Source: Leucoraja ocellata (lineage: Eukaryota). From it: a stretch of DNA of 64,000 nt. Below the pieces are notes generated by a model. It searched no databases and had not been told where the DNA came from. It saw nothing but the letters and a program-made list of their open reading frames with translations. The stretch is from positions 8,370,001 to 8,434,000 of the forward strand of contig JAWMAR010000026.1 in NCBI GenBank assembly GCA_036785375.1, written 5' to 3'. Shown here piece by piece: positions 23,965 through 38,422 of the stretch (positions are counted from its first letter, which is position 1; each line of letters begins with the position of its first letter). The position numbers were made by a program, and so were the translations under genes.

Positions 23965-24125
23965 CTGCCACATCTTTGGGATGTGGGAGAAAACTGGAGC
24001 ATCAGGAGAAAAACCACATGATTACAGGGAGAGTGTGCAAACCCCACATAGACAGGGTCCAAATTAGAATTGAACCTGTATCTCGAGTGTTGTGAAGCTG
24101 CAGCTCTACTAGACGTGTTGCTGTT
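23965..24125 (-). mobile_element. tRNA-derived SINE fragment (HE1-like)
   Basis: Similar to the 15085-15365 copy. Confidence 0.6.
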
Positions 24126-24399
24126 GAGCCCAAGGTGGTGATTGCCCTTCTCAGGGAAGCCAAGGCATGTTAAATCATCCCACTGAAGGTTCCTCTGCCT
24201 TGCTAAATGGCACTCAAAGCTGTATTGGTCTGAGAGTTTCAGTTTACCAATTGAAATAATGGGATTTTTTTCAAACTCATTACTGATTCGGCAGCCCTTA
24301 AAATCACTGAAGATTACTTACAGATGTTTTTTTTTTAAATTCCAGTAGACACTGGCCAAGCTGTGACTCACTATTTCAGTAAAACTGCAGTGCAATGTA

Positions 24400-26195
24400 T
24401 GGTGCCAGGCAGAGATCAACTCAAGGATTGTAGGACTGATGGAGCAAAGATTGTTGAATTATGTCTCACTGATGGGCAATACAGGGTGAAAAGAAGAAGT
24501 ACAAAGGTAAGCTCGCCAAGAATATCAAGAAAAATAGTTAAAGCTTCTTCAGGTATGTTAAGAGAAAAAGATTAGTAAAGCCAAAAGTGGGTCCCTTGAA
24601 GGCAGAAACAGGTGACATTATTATGGGGAACAAGGAAATGGCCGAAGATTCGAACAGGTACTTTGGTTCTGTCTTCACTAATGATGATACAAACAATCTC
24701 CCAGATGTACTAGAGGATCTAAGGAGATAAAGGATCTGAAAGAAATTTGCACAAGGTGAGAAATAGTATTGGGTAGACTGATGGAATTGATAAATCCCCA
24801 GGGCCTGATGGTCTGCATAGGATAGGTTCCTGTGAATTGGAGTCTAGCTAATGTTATCCTACTTTTCAAGAAAGGAGTGAGAGAAAAAACTGAGAAATAT
24901 AGACCAGTTAGCCTGACATTGGTGGTGGGGAAGATGCTGGAGTCAATTATTAAAGGTAATAATAGCACATTTGGATAGCAGTAAAAGGATTGGTCCAAAT
25001 CAGCACGGATTTATGAAAGGGAAATCATGCTTGACTAATCTTCTGGAATTTTTTGAAGATGTGACAAGTATATTGGATGAAGGGGTGCCAGTGGATGTAG
25101 TGTATCTAGACTTTCAGAAAGCTTTTGATAAGATCCCACACAGGAGATTAGTGGGCAAAATTAGAACACATGGTATTGGAAGTAGGGTATTGACATCGAT
25201 AGAGAATTGGTTGGCAGACAGGAAACAAAGAGTAGGAGTAAACTAATCCCTGTCAGAATGGCAGGCAGTGGCGAGTGGAGTGCCACAGGGCTTGGTGCTG
25301 GGGCCACAACTATTTACAATATATATTCGTGATTTGGATGATGGAATTAAAAGTAACACTAGCAAATTTGCAGATGACACAAAGCTGGGTGGCGGTGTGA
25401 ACTGCGACGAGGATGCTAGGAGGTTGCAGGGTGACTAGGACAGGTTGAGTGAGTGGGCAGATGCAATAAAATGTACATAGATGTGAGGTTATCCACATTG
25501 GCGGCAAGAAAAAGGAGTTAGATTATTATCTCAGTGGTGTCAGATTAGGAAAAAGGGAAGTGCAACGAGACCTTGGTGTCCTTGTACACCAGTCTCTGAA
25601 AGTAAACACGCAGGCACAGCAGGCAATGAAAAAAGCTAATGGCATGTTGACCTTCATAATGAGAAGATTTGAGTATAGGAGTAAAAAGGTCCTTCTGCAG
25701 TTGTACAGTGCCCTGATGAGACCACACCTGGAGTATTATGTGCAGTTTTGGTCTCCTAATTTGAGGAAGGACATTCTTGTTATTGAGGAGTGCAGTGTAG
25801 CTTCACGAGGTTAATCCCCGAGATGGCGGCACTGTCATATGCGAAAAGATTGGAAAGACGGTATTTGTATTCACTGGAATTTAGAAGAATGCGGTGGAAT
25901 CATATAGAGACATATAAAATTGTAAAAGAACTGGACAAGCTAGATGCAGGAAAAATGTTCCCAATGTTGGGGGAGTCCAGAATCAGGGGCCACAGTCTAA
26001 GAATAAAGGGGAGGCAATTTAGAACTGAGATGAATTTAAAAGAGAGTTAGATAGAGCTCTTGCTGCTCGTGTAATCGAGGGGTATGGGGAGAAGGTAGGC
26101 ACGGGTCATCAGCTGTGGATGATCAGCCATCATCACAATGAATGGTGGTGCTGGCTCGAAGGGCCGAATTGCCTCCTCCTGCACCTATTTTCTAT
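24400..26195 (+). mobile_element. CR1 LINE, 5'-truncated and decayed
   Basis: RT motifs NQHGFMKGKSCLTNL, YLDFQKAFDKIPH and KFADDTK, plus C-terminus, across several frameshifted ORFs. Confidence 0.92.
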
Positions 26196-27479
26196 GATGG
26201 TACTGAAATACTGAATGTGCTCTTTTCTCCCCCTTCTCTTATTCTCAATTTGACAGGGGGAAACATTCAATCTGCTGGCAACCTCGTTGCTATCTCACTC
26301 AGGTGGATATTTTCCATGGGTGATCTTGAGCAGCTGTTGTTTCCTTGAAGGTGTTACTGCCCAAGCTGACCACTCTCATTGCCATTCGCCTCAGGGTGAC
26401 AGGGAAGTGCTTTTGTCTGTGGGCATAAAGCTCAACTCCCTTGGATGAAACTGGTGCCCCTGTTCCCCGTGTTACCTTGGATCTGGGGTCTTGCTTGTCA
26501 GGATAGTTTGTAGCCACAAAAATAGAAAATGCTAGAAATATCTGCTGAAAAATAGTTATCTGTGTTGCTCCAACCTCATTTGCTGTCTGACCTGCTGAGC
26601 ATTTACAGCATTTACTGTTTTTCCCCCATATCCAACATATGCAGATTTTTTATAAAGCCATATTTGACAACCCTAATTGCTGTGAAAAATTGCTTTATTT
26701 GTAAATTAAAGTATTCTGCTAAATAGAAAGTACCTCCGCAGAAATCAACCCACTTTCTTCCGTTCTGCTACTTTTATTTCCTCCTCCCTCGCCTACTATG
26801 CTAATTTGTTGCTTCCAAAAGCACTTCTTCTATTGCCGATAACTCCCTACCGACCAGCCCGCCTGCCTTCTGCGCCTCAGTGCATCCTTCCGCCACTGAA
26901 TCCCCAACAGCAGGGGACAGCAGAGACCTCTCCATTACCGCACCGACCATCAACTCTATTTACATTCATCTTAGAATAACTTTTTAGTTTCTCGCCACAT
27001 TCATATGAACTTACCCAAATTCTCCACTCAAATTGCTCCCCCCCCCCACTCAAAGGCATCCCTTCCTCGGCCCAGCTGTTCAGTAGTTTAGTTTAGAGAT
27101 GTGTCGTAACTACATTCCATGCCGCAGTCCTGCTGCCACAGACCTTGCTTCTGCCTTCCCATTGAACAAGTCTCTCTCCCACATCTCCCTGACTAATGTC
27201 TAAGGGAAACAACTCCATTACTTTACTGCTACAGAGGTTGGAATACCTGCTCAGACGATTCCTTCATTTCATACGCTGAACTGTTTGGTGATTTTAATTT
27301 ACTCCTCTTTCAGCTTCTTGCCATCGATATGGAGGCTGCACCCAGGGACCATTGTCTACTCCCTTACCCCCTCCAATATCTCTTGAATTCTCCCTCTTTC
27401 AGTTGCTTTCCCACCTCCTACATCCCCTTGACAGTCCCCTTGCCCCCTCACAACTTCTCACCCACTCACCTCCCCACAG

Positions 27480-28352
27480 TCGCGGAGAGGTGTTGATGAA
27501 GGCCTGTGGCTAGTGGTGTGCTGTTTGTCAGCTCTATCAATCATGAGAACTTGCATGGCATGATTAACAAATTTGAAAATGGCACGAAAGGGAGTGACAG
27601 TGAAGTTGGTTGTCAAAACTTGCAGCAGGATCTTTATCAGTTGGGCACGTGGGCTGAGGAATGGTTGGTGGAATTTAATACAGAGAAATGTGAGGTGTTG
27701 CAATTTGGGAAGTCTAGCGTGGGCAGGACCAACACAGTAAATGGTAGGGCTTGAGTATTGAGTATGGAAGTTGGGAGGTCATGTTGCAGTTATATACTTG
27801 GTGAGGCCAGATTACGAGTATCGTGTTCAGTTTTGGTCACCATGTGACAGAAAATATGTTGTCAAACTGGAAAGGGTGCAGAGAGGATCTACAAGGATTA
27901 TACCAGGACTCGAGTCCCAGAGCTTTATGGAGAGGTTGGGCAGGCTAGGACTTGATTCCTTGGAGTGCAGGAGGATGAGAAGTGATCTTATAGAAATGTA
28001 CAAAATGATGACACGAATAAACAGCGTAAATGCACAGAGTCTTATGCCCAGAATAGTAGAATCGAGAACTAGAGGACATGGGTATAAGGTGAGGGGGGAA
28101 AAGATTTAATAAGAACCCAAGGAATAACTTTTTTACACAAAGGGTGGTGGGTGTATGGAACAAGCTGCTGGTGGAGGTAGTTGAGGTAGGTACTAACGCA
28201 AAGATAAGAAACATTTGGACACATACATGGATAGGACAAGTTTAAAGGGATATGAGCCAAATACAGGCAGGTGGGACTAGTGTAGTTGGGGCATGTTAGT
28301 CAGCATGGGCAGTGTGGGAAAAATGGCCTGTTTTAATGCTGTATGACTATGA
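27480..28352 (+). mobile_element. CR1 LINE 3' fragment
   Basis: ORFs 27506-28109 carry CR1 ORF2 C-terminal motifs; ctatga tail. Confidence 0.85.
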
Positions 28353-28673
28353 CTCGTTCCTTGATCATTAACCTCACTACTGTCCACAACCCCTCACCAC
28401 TCTCTTCATCTCTTCACAATTTCCCTCATTCGCTTTCCATTCTCCTTATCCCGACACCACTCACCACTCCACCCCTTTCCCCACTCCACTCAACTCCATT
28501 CATCCTTCCTCACTTCCACTCTATTCCCTACCCCTCTCCCCTCATTCCTTCCTACTCCCATCCATTCACCCCACTGCTCTAATGGAAACAGTGCAGTTTG
28601 GACAGCACTTTAAATTTACCCTCTCAGGGGTGCAAAAAGGCATCTGTAATACAACATCAAGTAAACTGTGGGA

Positions 28674-28771
28674 GGTACACAAAAAAGCTAGAGAAACTCA
28701 GCGGGTGCAGCAGCATCTATGGAGCGAAGGAAATAGGCAACGTTTCGGGCCGAAACCCTTCTTCAGACTGT
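28674..28771 (-). mobile_element. Penelope-derived terminal repeat with hammerhead core
   Basis: Minus strand CTGAAGA-A-GGGT-TTCG-GCCC-GAAA-CGTT; same as the 5101-5191 copy. Confidence 0.7.
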
Positions 28772-29917
28772 GGGGAAACTGTGGGAATTGGCCCTAGGAG
28801 CAGGTATCGGGTAACTTATCACATTACCCTTTACAAATAGATTGCCAGGCCTTTGATACCAAATTGTCATGTCTTCAATAGGCAGTATTAATTGGCAGTA
28901 TTAATTCAGAAGTATTAATTGTAACACTATTTATGTGTTAATAGGCAATATTAATTGCAATGCTAGTTGTCGTATTAATCTTAATCGCCACTGTTGTACC
29001 TGCTTCTATCACCATACCTATGCTATGGCAGCGCATTCCAGATAAACACCATTCTCTGTGTAAAGGAGAAGAAGGGGGAAGAGCTGGTTGGGGAGGGGAA
29101 GGAAGATGAGAGGGTGCAGAGGTCATAAGTGCAGAAAATTGTGGAAATTGTCAGGTTATACCTTCTTGAAATGGAACAAATTATAATGGCATCAATCAAA
29201 TGAGGACCAGGATGACAGAGAGAGGTCGGACAGCGGAAAACCCTTCTGTTTATGGAATTCCATAGAAACGGGCCATTATTCACTGCCTGCTTTTGTCCAT
29301 CTCACGTTAATAGATCTTTTCTCCTCTATTTAATTGCACCATGATCGTGTCAATAATGATTATCTTTAGAATCAGAGTATCAAACACTGACCTCAATGGG
29401 GACAAAAATTTCCAATGACGAAATTCAGAAACTGAAGATGTTGTTTTGCTCATTCAGTGAGATGCTCTGCAAAACCTGACCATTAACTGAGGGAAGGTAA
29501 TGGAAACTTATTTCATTAGAAATGACAGCTTTTGTTTTAATCTAACAGATCTAGATGCAATTATTCATTGGCAACCAGCACCTTTTGGAGCCGCAAAGAT
29601 GTGGTTGCACAGACAGGTTTGGCCAGTTCTTAAAAAATGTTTTGCAACTGCTTTCTGCAGAAATGGGAGGTAGGTAACAAAGTGTGGGGGTGTATTGCAA
29701 GACACAGGCCAGAGTCTAGTCCAATAAGTGCCTGTTCCAAAGGAAACATTTGTGGTTTGCAGGCCAGATTGTTATCGTGCATTTATGTTTCTAATGAATG
29801 TTGGTTGATGTGTGATTAATTAGTTCTTAGTTTTGCACATTGTTCTGCAACTTATGCGAGTAAACAACATGACCTCACGCACCTTCTATTTTTGGAAAGA
29901 ACAGAAAATATTAAGTG

Positions 29918-30410
29918 AATAGAATAGAATAGAATAGTTTCTTTATTGTCATTGTAACATGAACCATGTACAACAAAATTTTAAAATGTCAGCCAGTCAG
30001 TGCACCATTCAAACATTTCTAAAAGCTAATGATACATACAAGATAAAATATTAAAAGATAAACAACTAAAATAAATATCATGAAAATAGCATGCATAAAC
30101 ACCCAACCCTCCATCCTTCTGTTGGTTTCACAGTGTACCACAGTCCCTTAGTATGTATCGCCCCTGCGTTCCTTGGCGGCTACATTTAGTGCTTTTATAG
30201 CAGTGGGGTAAAAACTGTTTTTTAGTCTGTTCGTCCTTGTCCTTGTAGATCTGTACCGTCTGCCTGACGGCAACAGTTCAAACAGGGAGTGTCCGGGGTG
30301 GGAAATGTCCTTTATAATACTCTGGGATTTTTTGATGCAGCGGGAACTGTGTAAGTCCTCCAAGGTAAGGAGAGGGCAGCCGACAATCCTCTGGGCGTTG
30401 TCAATGGCCC
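29918..30410 (-). mobile_element. Rex1/Babar-type LINE 3' end
   Basis: ORF 30148-30519 contains HPGHSLFELLPSGRRYRS...RLKNSFYPTAIKALN; (ctatt)n tail. Confidence 0.85.
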
Positions 30411-31391
30411 TATGGAGAAAAGCAAAATTTCTGAGCTTCATTGAATAAAAATGCCCCCAAGCATTGGAGCAAGTGATGCAGCTCCTACTGATTGAGATAG
30501 GTAAAATGGGAAGGTCCATGCTAAAAAATATTATGTCCTCAGTTAATGTTCTCTGTAAAAATATTTATTTGGTCTTAGTTACCGTCTTTATTTAATTGGA
30601 TAACACATTTCCAAGAATGGGACAAATGCGGGGATATGGCTGAAAGATTATTTATAATGCAACACGTGGCCAGAAAATATGGAGCAGAGATCAGATGGTT
30701 TTCATGTGAAAGAACCAGCTGATTTACATGTGATAACATTGGCGCTGAAGCAAGTTGTTAAAATGGAAGTTTCTCTGTCCTTGCTTCCTGCTCTGTCACA
30801 CATCACTTCCCTTGGAATTTGGCCACAGGAGAAATCAGTGACTTGAAAAGATGCCAAGAACAAGCTTGTTGAGAATGCAGTGTTAGACCAGTGCAAACAT
30901 TTGGGACATAGTCCCAGTTCGATCTCATTGATTATAACTCCCTGGCCCTTTGGCCAATTCAAGCCAGCTGTTCATACAAATGGTCATCACTCCACAGACC
31001 ACGTAGAAGATCCACAGGAGGAAGTGCAAGAGAGCAGCAGGCATTCCCTTTTGAAATATAATCTTTCAGTCTGTCTGTCAATAACTCAACCTGCACAAAG
31101 GAAGTTTTGGCATATTTACCTGATTGTTGTTGTGCAAGTTTGCTGTGCATCAATTTACTAACATGTTTCTTCATGATAATAGTAAAGATTCTTCACAACT
31201 AATTGTCTCTTGGGCAAACATGCAAACAACATAGTCATAGAGTGATACAACATGGAATCATGCCCTTCACTCAAATTACCTATGCCAACCAAGATGCCCC
31301 ATGTATGCTAGTCCCACCTGCACGCATTTGGCCAATATCCTTCTAAACCTTTCTAACTATATATCTATCCAAATGACTTTTAAATCTTTTT

Positions 31392-31690
31392 GGGGCAGCA
31401 CAGTGATGCAGTGTTAGAGCTGTTGTGTTAGTGCCAGAAACACAGGTCCGATCCTGACTTGGGGTGCTGTCTGTGCGGAGTTTGTACTTTCACCCTGTGA
31501 CTGCGTGGGTTTTCTCCGGGTGCCCCGGTTTCCTCCCACATTCCCAAGATGTGCAGGATTGTAGGTTATCTGCTCCGGAAAAAGTAGTAAATTATCCCAA
31601 GTTTGTAAGATAGTGCTAGTGTATGGGATGATCGCTGGTCAGTGCAGACTAGGTGCTCTGAAGGGCCTGTTTCCGTGATGTATGTCTAAA
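31392..31690 (+). mobile_element. tRNA-derived SINE (HE1-like)
   Basis: tRNA-like head with B-box ggtccgatcc and CR1-like tail gggcctgtttccgtg; inserted in an older CR1 fragment. Confidence 0.8.
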
Positions 31691-31979
31691 CCTAAGTAAA
31701 CTATAGTATAATGCCAAAACTACCTTCTCTAGCAGCTTCTGTCATTTACCTATCACTCTCTGTGTGTGATGAAGTTGCCCATGAGGTTCCCATTACATCT
31801 ATCCCTGTCACCTTAATCATGACTTTCATACTTCAAATTCTTCATCAAAAAAGAACAAACTGTGACTCAATATTGCATCAAAGAGCCGAGGTTGGGTCAT
31901 AAGATCCTCGGATTGAAATGAGCAGGAGGAAGTAGGGATACCAGCCGGGGATAGTTGGGGCTCAGAGACTGAGTTTTAC

Positions 31980-32470
31980 AAAACATTGAACAGTACAGCA
32001 GAGATACAGGCCCTTCAGCCTACAATATCGGTGCCGAACATGATGCCAGGTTAAACTAAACCACTTAGCCTGCATGCGATTCAAATCCATTCCCTGCATA
32101 TCCATGTGCCTATCTAAAAGCCTCTTAAATGGCACTATCATATCTGCTTCCACTACCATCTCGGGTAGTTTGTTCCATACATTCATCACTCTCTGTGCGA
32201 AATACTTGCCCCACACATCCCTTTTAAATATTACCCCAATCATGTTAAAGTATGTCATCTAGTCTTTAATATTTCCATCCCAAGAAAAAGGTTCTGACTG
32301 CCTATCCTATCTATGCCTTTCATAATTTTATATACCTTTATCAGGTATCCCCATTTTCTAAAGATTCAAAGAAAACAATCTAAATTTGTCCAACCTCTGT
32401 TTATAACTAATACCCTCTAATCCAGGCAATATTCTGATAAACGTCTCCTGCACCCTCTTAAAGCCTCCTG
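31980..32470 (-). mobile_element. CR1 LINE 3' fragment
   Basis: ORF 31962-32258 (FAQRVMNVWNKLPEMVVEA). Confidence 0.8.
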
Positions 32471-32611
32471 ACTTGAACAGAAGTTCAGTGCTGGAATGCC
32501 ATTCGCCCCGCCAGTCTCGGGTGCACCTGTATCAATGCTGGCAGTTGTAAAATTGGCCTTCCTGAGAGTGAATCCGCAGAAAGTAACTGTCCCTGTCAAT
32601 CACCAGCTTTG

Positions 32612-33650
32612 CCCTCCCCACCGTCAAAGAGATCTATCATAGTCGCTGCCTCAAAAAAGGCATCCAAAATCATCAAAGACCCACACCATCCTGGCCACAC
32701 ACTTGTTTCATCATTGCCATCAGGAAGAAGGCACAGGAGCCTGAGAACAGTAACGTCCAGGTTCTGGAACAGCTTCTTCCCTACAGCCATCAGGCTATTA
32801 AAGACAACAGCGAATAAGATCTGAGCTCTGAACTGCAAAAGACTATATTATAATTGCAGTAGATTTGTTATTTATTGAACTTTATCTGTGTTTTTCTCTC
32901 CCCCGTTATGTACTATGTTTACATATTCACATTTTTTGTTTTCCTGCAGCAAGTAAGAATTTCATTTGACATTAAAACACTCTTGACTCTTGAATATCCT
33001 GCAGTCTGTTTCATTTGGTGCTCTCAGTGTGACTTCCTTTACATTGGCAAGACCAAACATAAACTAGTCACCAGTTTCACTGAATACTTGCACTGAGGCC
33101 TGCTGGATCTCCTTGTTCCCAATCATTTTAGCTCTCCTTCCCATGCACATACATATCAGGTTTCTTACATTGCCTCCACTTGTGGTGATGTTTCTCCAGT
33201 TCTTATGTTTTGTACACAAACTGGAGAAATGCCACCACAAATTCCACAAATGAACTGAGTTTTCTAACCGAGTGATACCTTTTAGACTCTTTTTCATTCC
33301 TCACCCCCATAATACTGCACTCCCAATTCTCCCACTGTATCCCACCTCCCCCAAGTTACCTTGCTCCTTTCCCCTCTGTATACTCATCTCCCGTCCCCGA
33401 GTCCTCACTTCCCTTTACGCATCCCGCCTTCCCCTCCTCTGAACTGCAAAAGACCATATTATTATTGGAGTACATTTGTTATTTATTGAACTTTTTCTCC
33501 TCTTTTCCCTTCCATCCACATTTCTCCCTCTGGCTGTAAATTTCACTCCTCCTCACCCTTTTGTCTCCTTTTCACCTCTGGCCATTGTCACTTTCTGTAC
33601 CTATCTGCCAATTTAACTCCCCTCACCTGGATCCACCCATCTCTTGCACA
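32612..33650 (+). mobile_element. Rex1/Babar 3' end (~32612-32992) followed by a Penelope-like remnant (~32995-33650)
   Basis: HPGHTLVSSLPSGRR...RFWNSFFPTAIRLL, then CSQCDFLYIGKTKHKL (GIY-YIG-like). A ~55-bp piece of the Rex tail recurs at ~33437-33495. Confidence 0.7.
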
Positions 33651-34673
33651 TACTTTGCATATAGGCAAATTCTATGTGAGAATAATTCTCGCAGAGAATA
33701 ATTGACGGGAATTTCTGACACAAGCGACATTTAGAATCAGAATGTAATGTGAGGATCATATTTTACATTCGCTCTTGTAGAGGGATGGAGTTATCTATAA
33801 ATCAATAACTCAGCAGTCTATGGCCTGTACCTGCACACAGTTCAGGTCTCCCTGAACCTTCACTCCCTGGGTGTGCCCGTGGTCATGATGCCACATGCTC
33901 TGCACAGGGTGAAGCTACTTCCATCATCGTGCCAAGGTAATGTGGTGTAGCTTGTGGTCTGCAGTGATGCCAGTAAAGCCTCCCTATGATGCTAAGCATG
34001 TCAGTGTCTGTGTGACCTCCATTGCATGGCCAGAGCAACCTGGACAGAGTCCATGGTCAGAGCTCTGCCCATGGCAGGTGGCCTTTCCAGGTGCTTGGAA
34101 ACTCAGCCCCAGGTACATTGCTTCTCGGAGACATGGAGTTAGGTCTGCTACTTCTGGGGGGGGGTGGGAAACCCTCCTCACCAGAGGTTGTCTCTCCCTC
34201 TGTCCAGCATCTCCCTATATGGAAGCCTGTCCTCAGAGTCTCACCTGAGCTCAGTGAAGATAAAACTAGTAAAGACATCAAGCTGTGCCTCAGTGACAAA
34301 TCCCAATGTCTCTGCTGGGAAGAGGAAATGCTGCATCCACTCAGCAAGCCAGAGAAGGGCCAGTGGGCCACGTTACATGATAAAGCATCTTTCAGTTCTG
34401 ACAGAAGGCCACTTTAACTTTTAATGCTTGCATGGCAAGAGGGACATAATTGAGGGTGGAGCTTGTGTTGCTCTGGTAGAGAGTTGGTCTGGACATGATG
34501 GGCCAAATGCTCCCCTCTGCTGTAATCAACCACAATTGTCATGTGACCTGCCCAACACCGGCAACATTTCCTGTGTGTATTTCAGATTCCAGCACCCCTC
34601 TGTATTTCACTTCAGTCTTACAATCTGACTTTAGTCTGCCTAAAAATAACAATTAAATATGCCAGTGAAATTG

Positions 34674-34940
34674 GGCACCGTGATGTATCTAGCAGAGCTG
34701 CTGCCTCTCAGCAGGAGAGACCCTGGTTAGATGCTGACTTCAAGTGCATTATATGTGGAGCTTCCACGTTGCTCTTGTGATGGATGGGGTTTCTCCAGGT
34801 GCTCCAGTTTCCTCCCATAGACATGCGGGTTTGTAGGTTAATTGGCGTCTTGTAAATTTTGTGTATACAGTGGATGCGAAAGTGGGATAACATGGAACTA
34901 TTGTGAATGGTTAGTGTGATGGGTCTATTTCCATGCTTTA
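34674..34940 (+). mobile_element. tRNA-derived SINE (HE1-like), degenerate
   Basis: Similarity to the other SINE copies. Confidence 0.6.
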
Positions 34941-35789
34941 CCTTTCAATCAATTTAAACAAAAAAATGTCCAATGTCACACCAATGACTGGCTCAAAGGC
35001 AAATTAAATTCAGCCAGTGAAATTAGTAATTAAACGACAAATGACTGCAGATGAGGAAAATCTGAAATATCGACAGAAAATGCTGAAAGCACTCAGCAGG
35101 TCAGACAGCATCTGTAGAAAAACAGAGTTAACGTTCCTGGTTGATGACTGGCTACAGGGCGATGAGCACCCAGGCCAACAACCTGGCTGCTCAACACCTG
35201 GCTTGAGACCTAACTATTCCTTTGGTTTATGTTTCATTCGCAATAAGAAGAAGAAGAAGAAGAAGAGGAAGAAAAAGCATCCGTTTATTAAAATGTCTGA
35301 ACTTTGCTAGTTAACCACCAGAGGCCAGTGTTGCTCAACAAATGTTAGTTGGTAACATAAGAGACTGCAGATGCTGGAATCTTGAGCAAAAGCGAACTGC
35401 CAAAGGAAATCAGCTGGTCAGGCAGAATCTGTGGAAGTAAAGGACTGGTTGATGTTGTGGGTGAAGGCCCTGCAAGGGAGGATTAGGGCAGGGCTGTTGA
35501 TATTGTAGCAGTTGATTTCAGCAAGGACTGGGAATTTTGAGGGAACATAGCCAGTATAAAGTTAGAATGAGGGGTAACATTGGGGCTGGTCGGTGTAAGG
35601 TGGAAACAGGTGGGGGAGGGGGATGATTGACAGGTGGAACAAGGTAGGGGTAGGGAGGAGTGAGGTAGAGATAGAGGTCGGAAGGTTTTAGATAGAACCA
35701 GATAATTGTAGGATGATGACATCAGGTGAACATGGGATAGGAAGTGTAGACAAGGAGTCAAGAAACTCAAGAGGATGGATAAAGTCATA

Positions 35790-38310
35790 CCAGGCCCTTT
35801 GGCCCAAATAGCTTCACATGCCCTTCTACACTAATCCTACCTGTCTGCATTTGGCCCATATGCCTCTAAACTCATCCTACCCACGTACCTGTCTAAATGT
35901 TTCTTAAACATTGTGATAGTACCTGCCTCAACTGCCTTCTCAAGCAGCTTGTTCCATATACCTACCACCATTAAAAAAAATGCCACTCAGCTTCCTATTA
36001 AATCTTCCCTCCATCACCTTAAAACCTATGCCCTCTGGTTCTTGTTTCCTCAACCCAGGGTAAAAAAAAAATCTGCATTTGCCATGCTATCTATTCTGCT
36101 CATGATCTTATACACCTCTATAAGATCACCCCTCATCTACCTGAATTTCAACAGAATAAAGTCCTAGCCTGCTCAACCTCTCCCAATAGCTCAGTCTCTC
36201 GAGTCCTGATAACATTCTTGTAAATCTTTTCTGCACCTTTTCCAGTTTAAGAACATCTTTCCTATAACATGATGATCAAAACTGACCACAATATTCTAAA
36301 TGTGGCCTGGCCAATGTCTTGTACAACTGCAACACGACCTCCCAAATTACTTACTTAATACTCTGATAGATGAGGGCCAATGAGATGAAAGCCTTCAAGA
36401 CCACCCTATCTCCTTGTGAAGCCATATTGAAGGAACAATGTACCTGCATGTCTAGATCCCACTGCTCTTCAATGCTCCGCAGAGCCCTGCCATTCACTGA
36501 TTAGGTCCTTCCCATGTTCGCCTTCCCAAAATACAACACCTCGCACTTCTCTGCATTAAACTCCATTAACCATTTCTCAACCCACCTCCTCAATGGATCA
36601 AGATCCTGCTGCAATCTTTGACAACTATCTTCGCTATCTTTACCACGCACTTTGATGTCATCTGCAATTTTACTAATCATGTTTTGTACGTTTTCATCCA
36701 GATTATTGATGTAGATGTCAACACTAAACAGCACTAAACCCTGAAGCACACCACTGGTCACAGAATTACAGTCCGAAATAACAACCTTACACCATCACCT
36801 TTCCTTCCATGAAGCCAATTTTCTATCCAGTCGGTGAGCTCTCCTCAGATCTGAGCTAACTTGCCAGAGCAGCCTACCACGTGGAACCTTGTCAAATACT
36901 TTGCTGAAATCCATATACACAACATCAACAGCTCAGCCCCATCAACCGTTTTGGGTCACATCTTCAAAAAGCTCAATCAGATTCATAAAACATGAACTCC
37001 AACATACAAAACCATGCTGACTATTACTAATCAGCTCCTGTACATTAAGATGCCTGTATATCTTTTCCCTTAGAATAAACTAGTAACTATCTGACCAGAG
37101 ATGTTCGACTCACTGGCCTGTAATTCCCTGTTTTTCTGTGCAGCCTTTTTTAAAAAGAGACACATTACTAGACACCCTCCAATCTTCCGGCACCTAACCC
37201 TTATTTAATGACTCATAAATCAAAGCCAGGATACCTGCAATTTCCACTAGCTTCCCACAATGTCCTTGGATATATCTCATCGGGCCCATGAGATTTGTCT
37301 ACCTTCATAAGTGTTAGGAGCTTCAGCACCTCCACGACCGTCATATTGACTGTCCCCAAGACACTTTCATTGACTGACCTAAGTTCCCCGATCCTCGTAT
37401 CTTTCTCCATGGTAAAACAGAGCAGAAATACTCATCAAGGACCTTTCCCATCTCCTGTGTCTCCATGCAGAATTTACCGCTTTGATCCGTGAGGGGCCCA
37501 TTCTCTTGCTGGTTACCCTTTTCCCTTGATGTACATACAATCTCTAGGGATTATCCTTAATATTATCTGCCAGAGCTATTTCCTGTCCCCTTTTTGCCCT
37601 ATTAATTTCTGGATTTCTTTTTTTAATATGCTTCTCAGTTTCCAAAACTCCTCCAGGGATACACTTGATCCCAGCTGCCTGTATCTGCCCCATACCTCCT
37701 TTACTTACTTTTGACCAAGGCCTCAATTTCCCACATCATCCAAGATTCCTTGCACCCACCTGCTTTGCCTTTCACTCTATTAGGAACATACAGATCCTGG
37801 ACAGTGTAACACCTCACACTTGTTCGGATTACCTCAACAGCAGAAATGTTGGTGTTGACTACAAACTTACTAACCAACACATCCATATTTGTGTCCAAGT
37901 CATTTACGTATATCATAAATGCAGGTCCTAATGAGGTCCTAATGCAGATCCCAGCAGAACACTACTGGTCACAGACCTCCAGCCAGCATCTTGCCCTTAC
38001 ACCACAGCCCTCTGTCTTCTATAAGCTAGTTCCGAAGACATTTGATCAACACCATGGATCCTATGCCTCTTAATGCTCTGGATCAACCTCTGGACCAGAG
38101 ACTTAATCAAATGCCTTACTAAAATCCACCACCCTACCCCCATCAATCACCTTCCTCAGCTCAAAAGCTTGATCAATTTAGTAAGACATGACTTGCCGCG
38201 TACAACAACATGCTGACTGTCCCTCATTAGGCCAACTAAATGGGACTAAATCTTATCCCAAAGAATCCCCTTTAATAGCTTCCCTCCAACTGACATGACA
38301 CTCTCCGCCC
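35790..38310 (-). mobile_element. Decayed CR1 LINE fragments (~35790-37800 and ~37840-38310)
   Basis: TSGVLQG..YINNLD...KIADD and DKSHGPDEIYPR motifs in minus-strand ORFs. Confidence 0.8.
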
Positions 38311-38422
38311 ATTACCTCCCTGAGTGTGTGAGGGATCACTCAAATTATTTGGATATCAGAGGTGCTGTTGGAACGGCCTGTGTGTATGCCTGCAATGCAT
38401 TTTGTGTATGTTACTCACTAAT

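Noticed and set aside
30760-31030. Several ETS-type GGAA motifs including GAGGAAGTG as a leukocyte enhancer
   Set aside because: Short motifs at a density not clearly above chance, and far from either gene.
33940-34424. Overlapping ~100-130 aa ORFs on both strands
   Set aside because: No recognisable domain or consistent splice signals; likely decayed repeat or chance.
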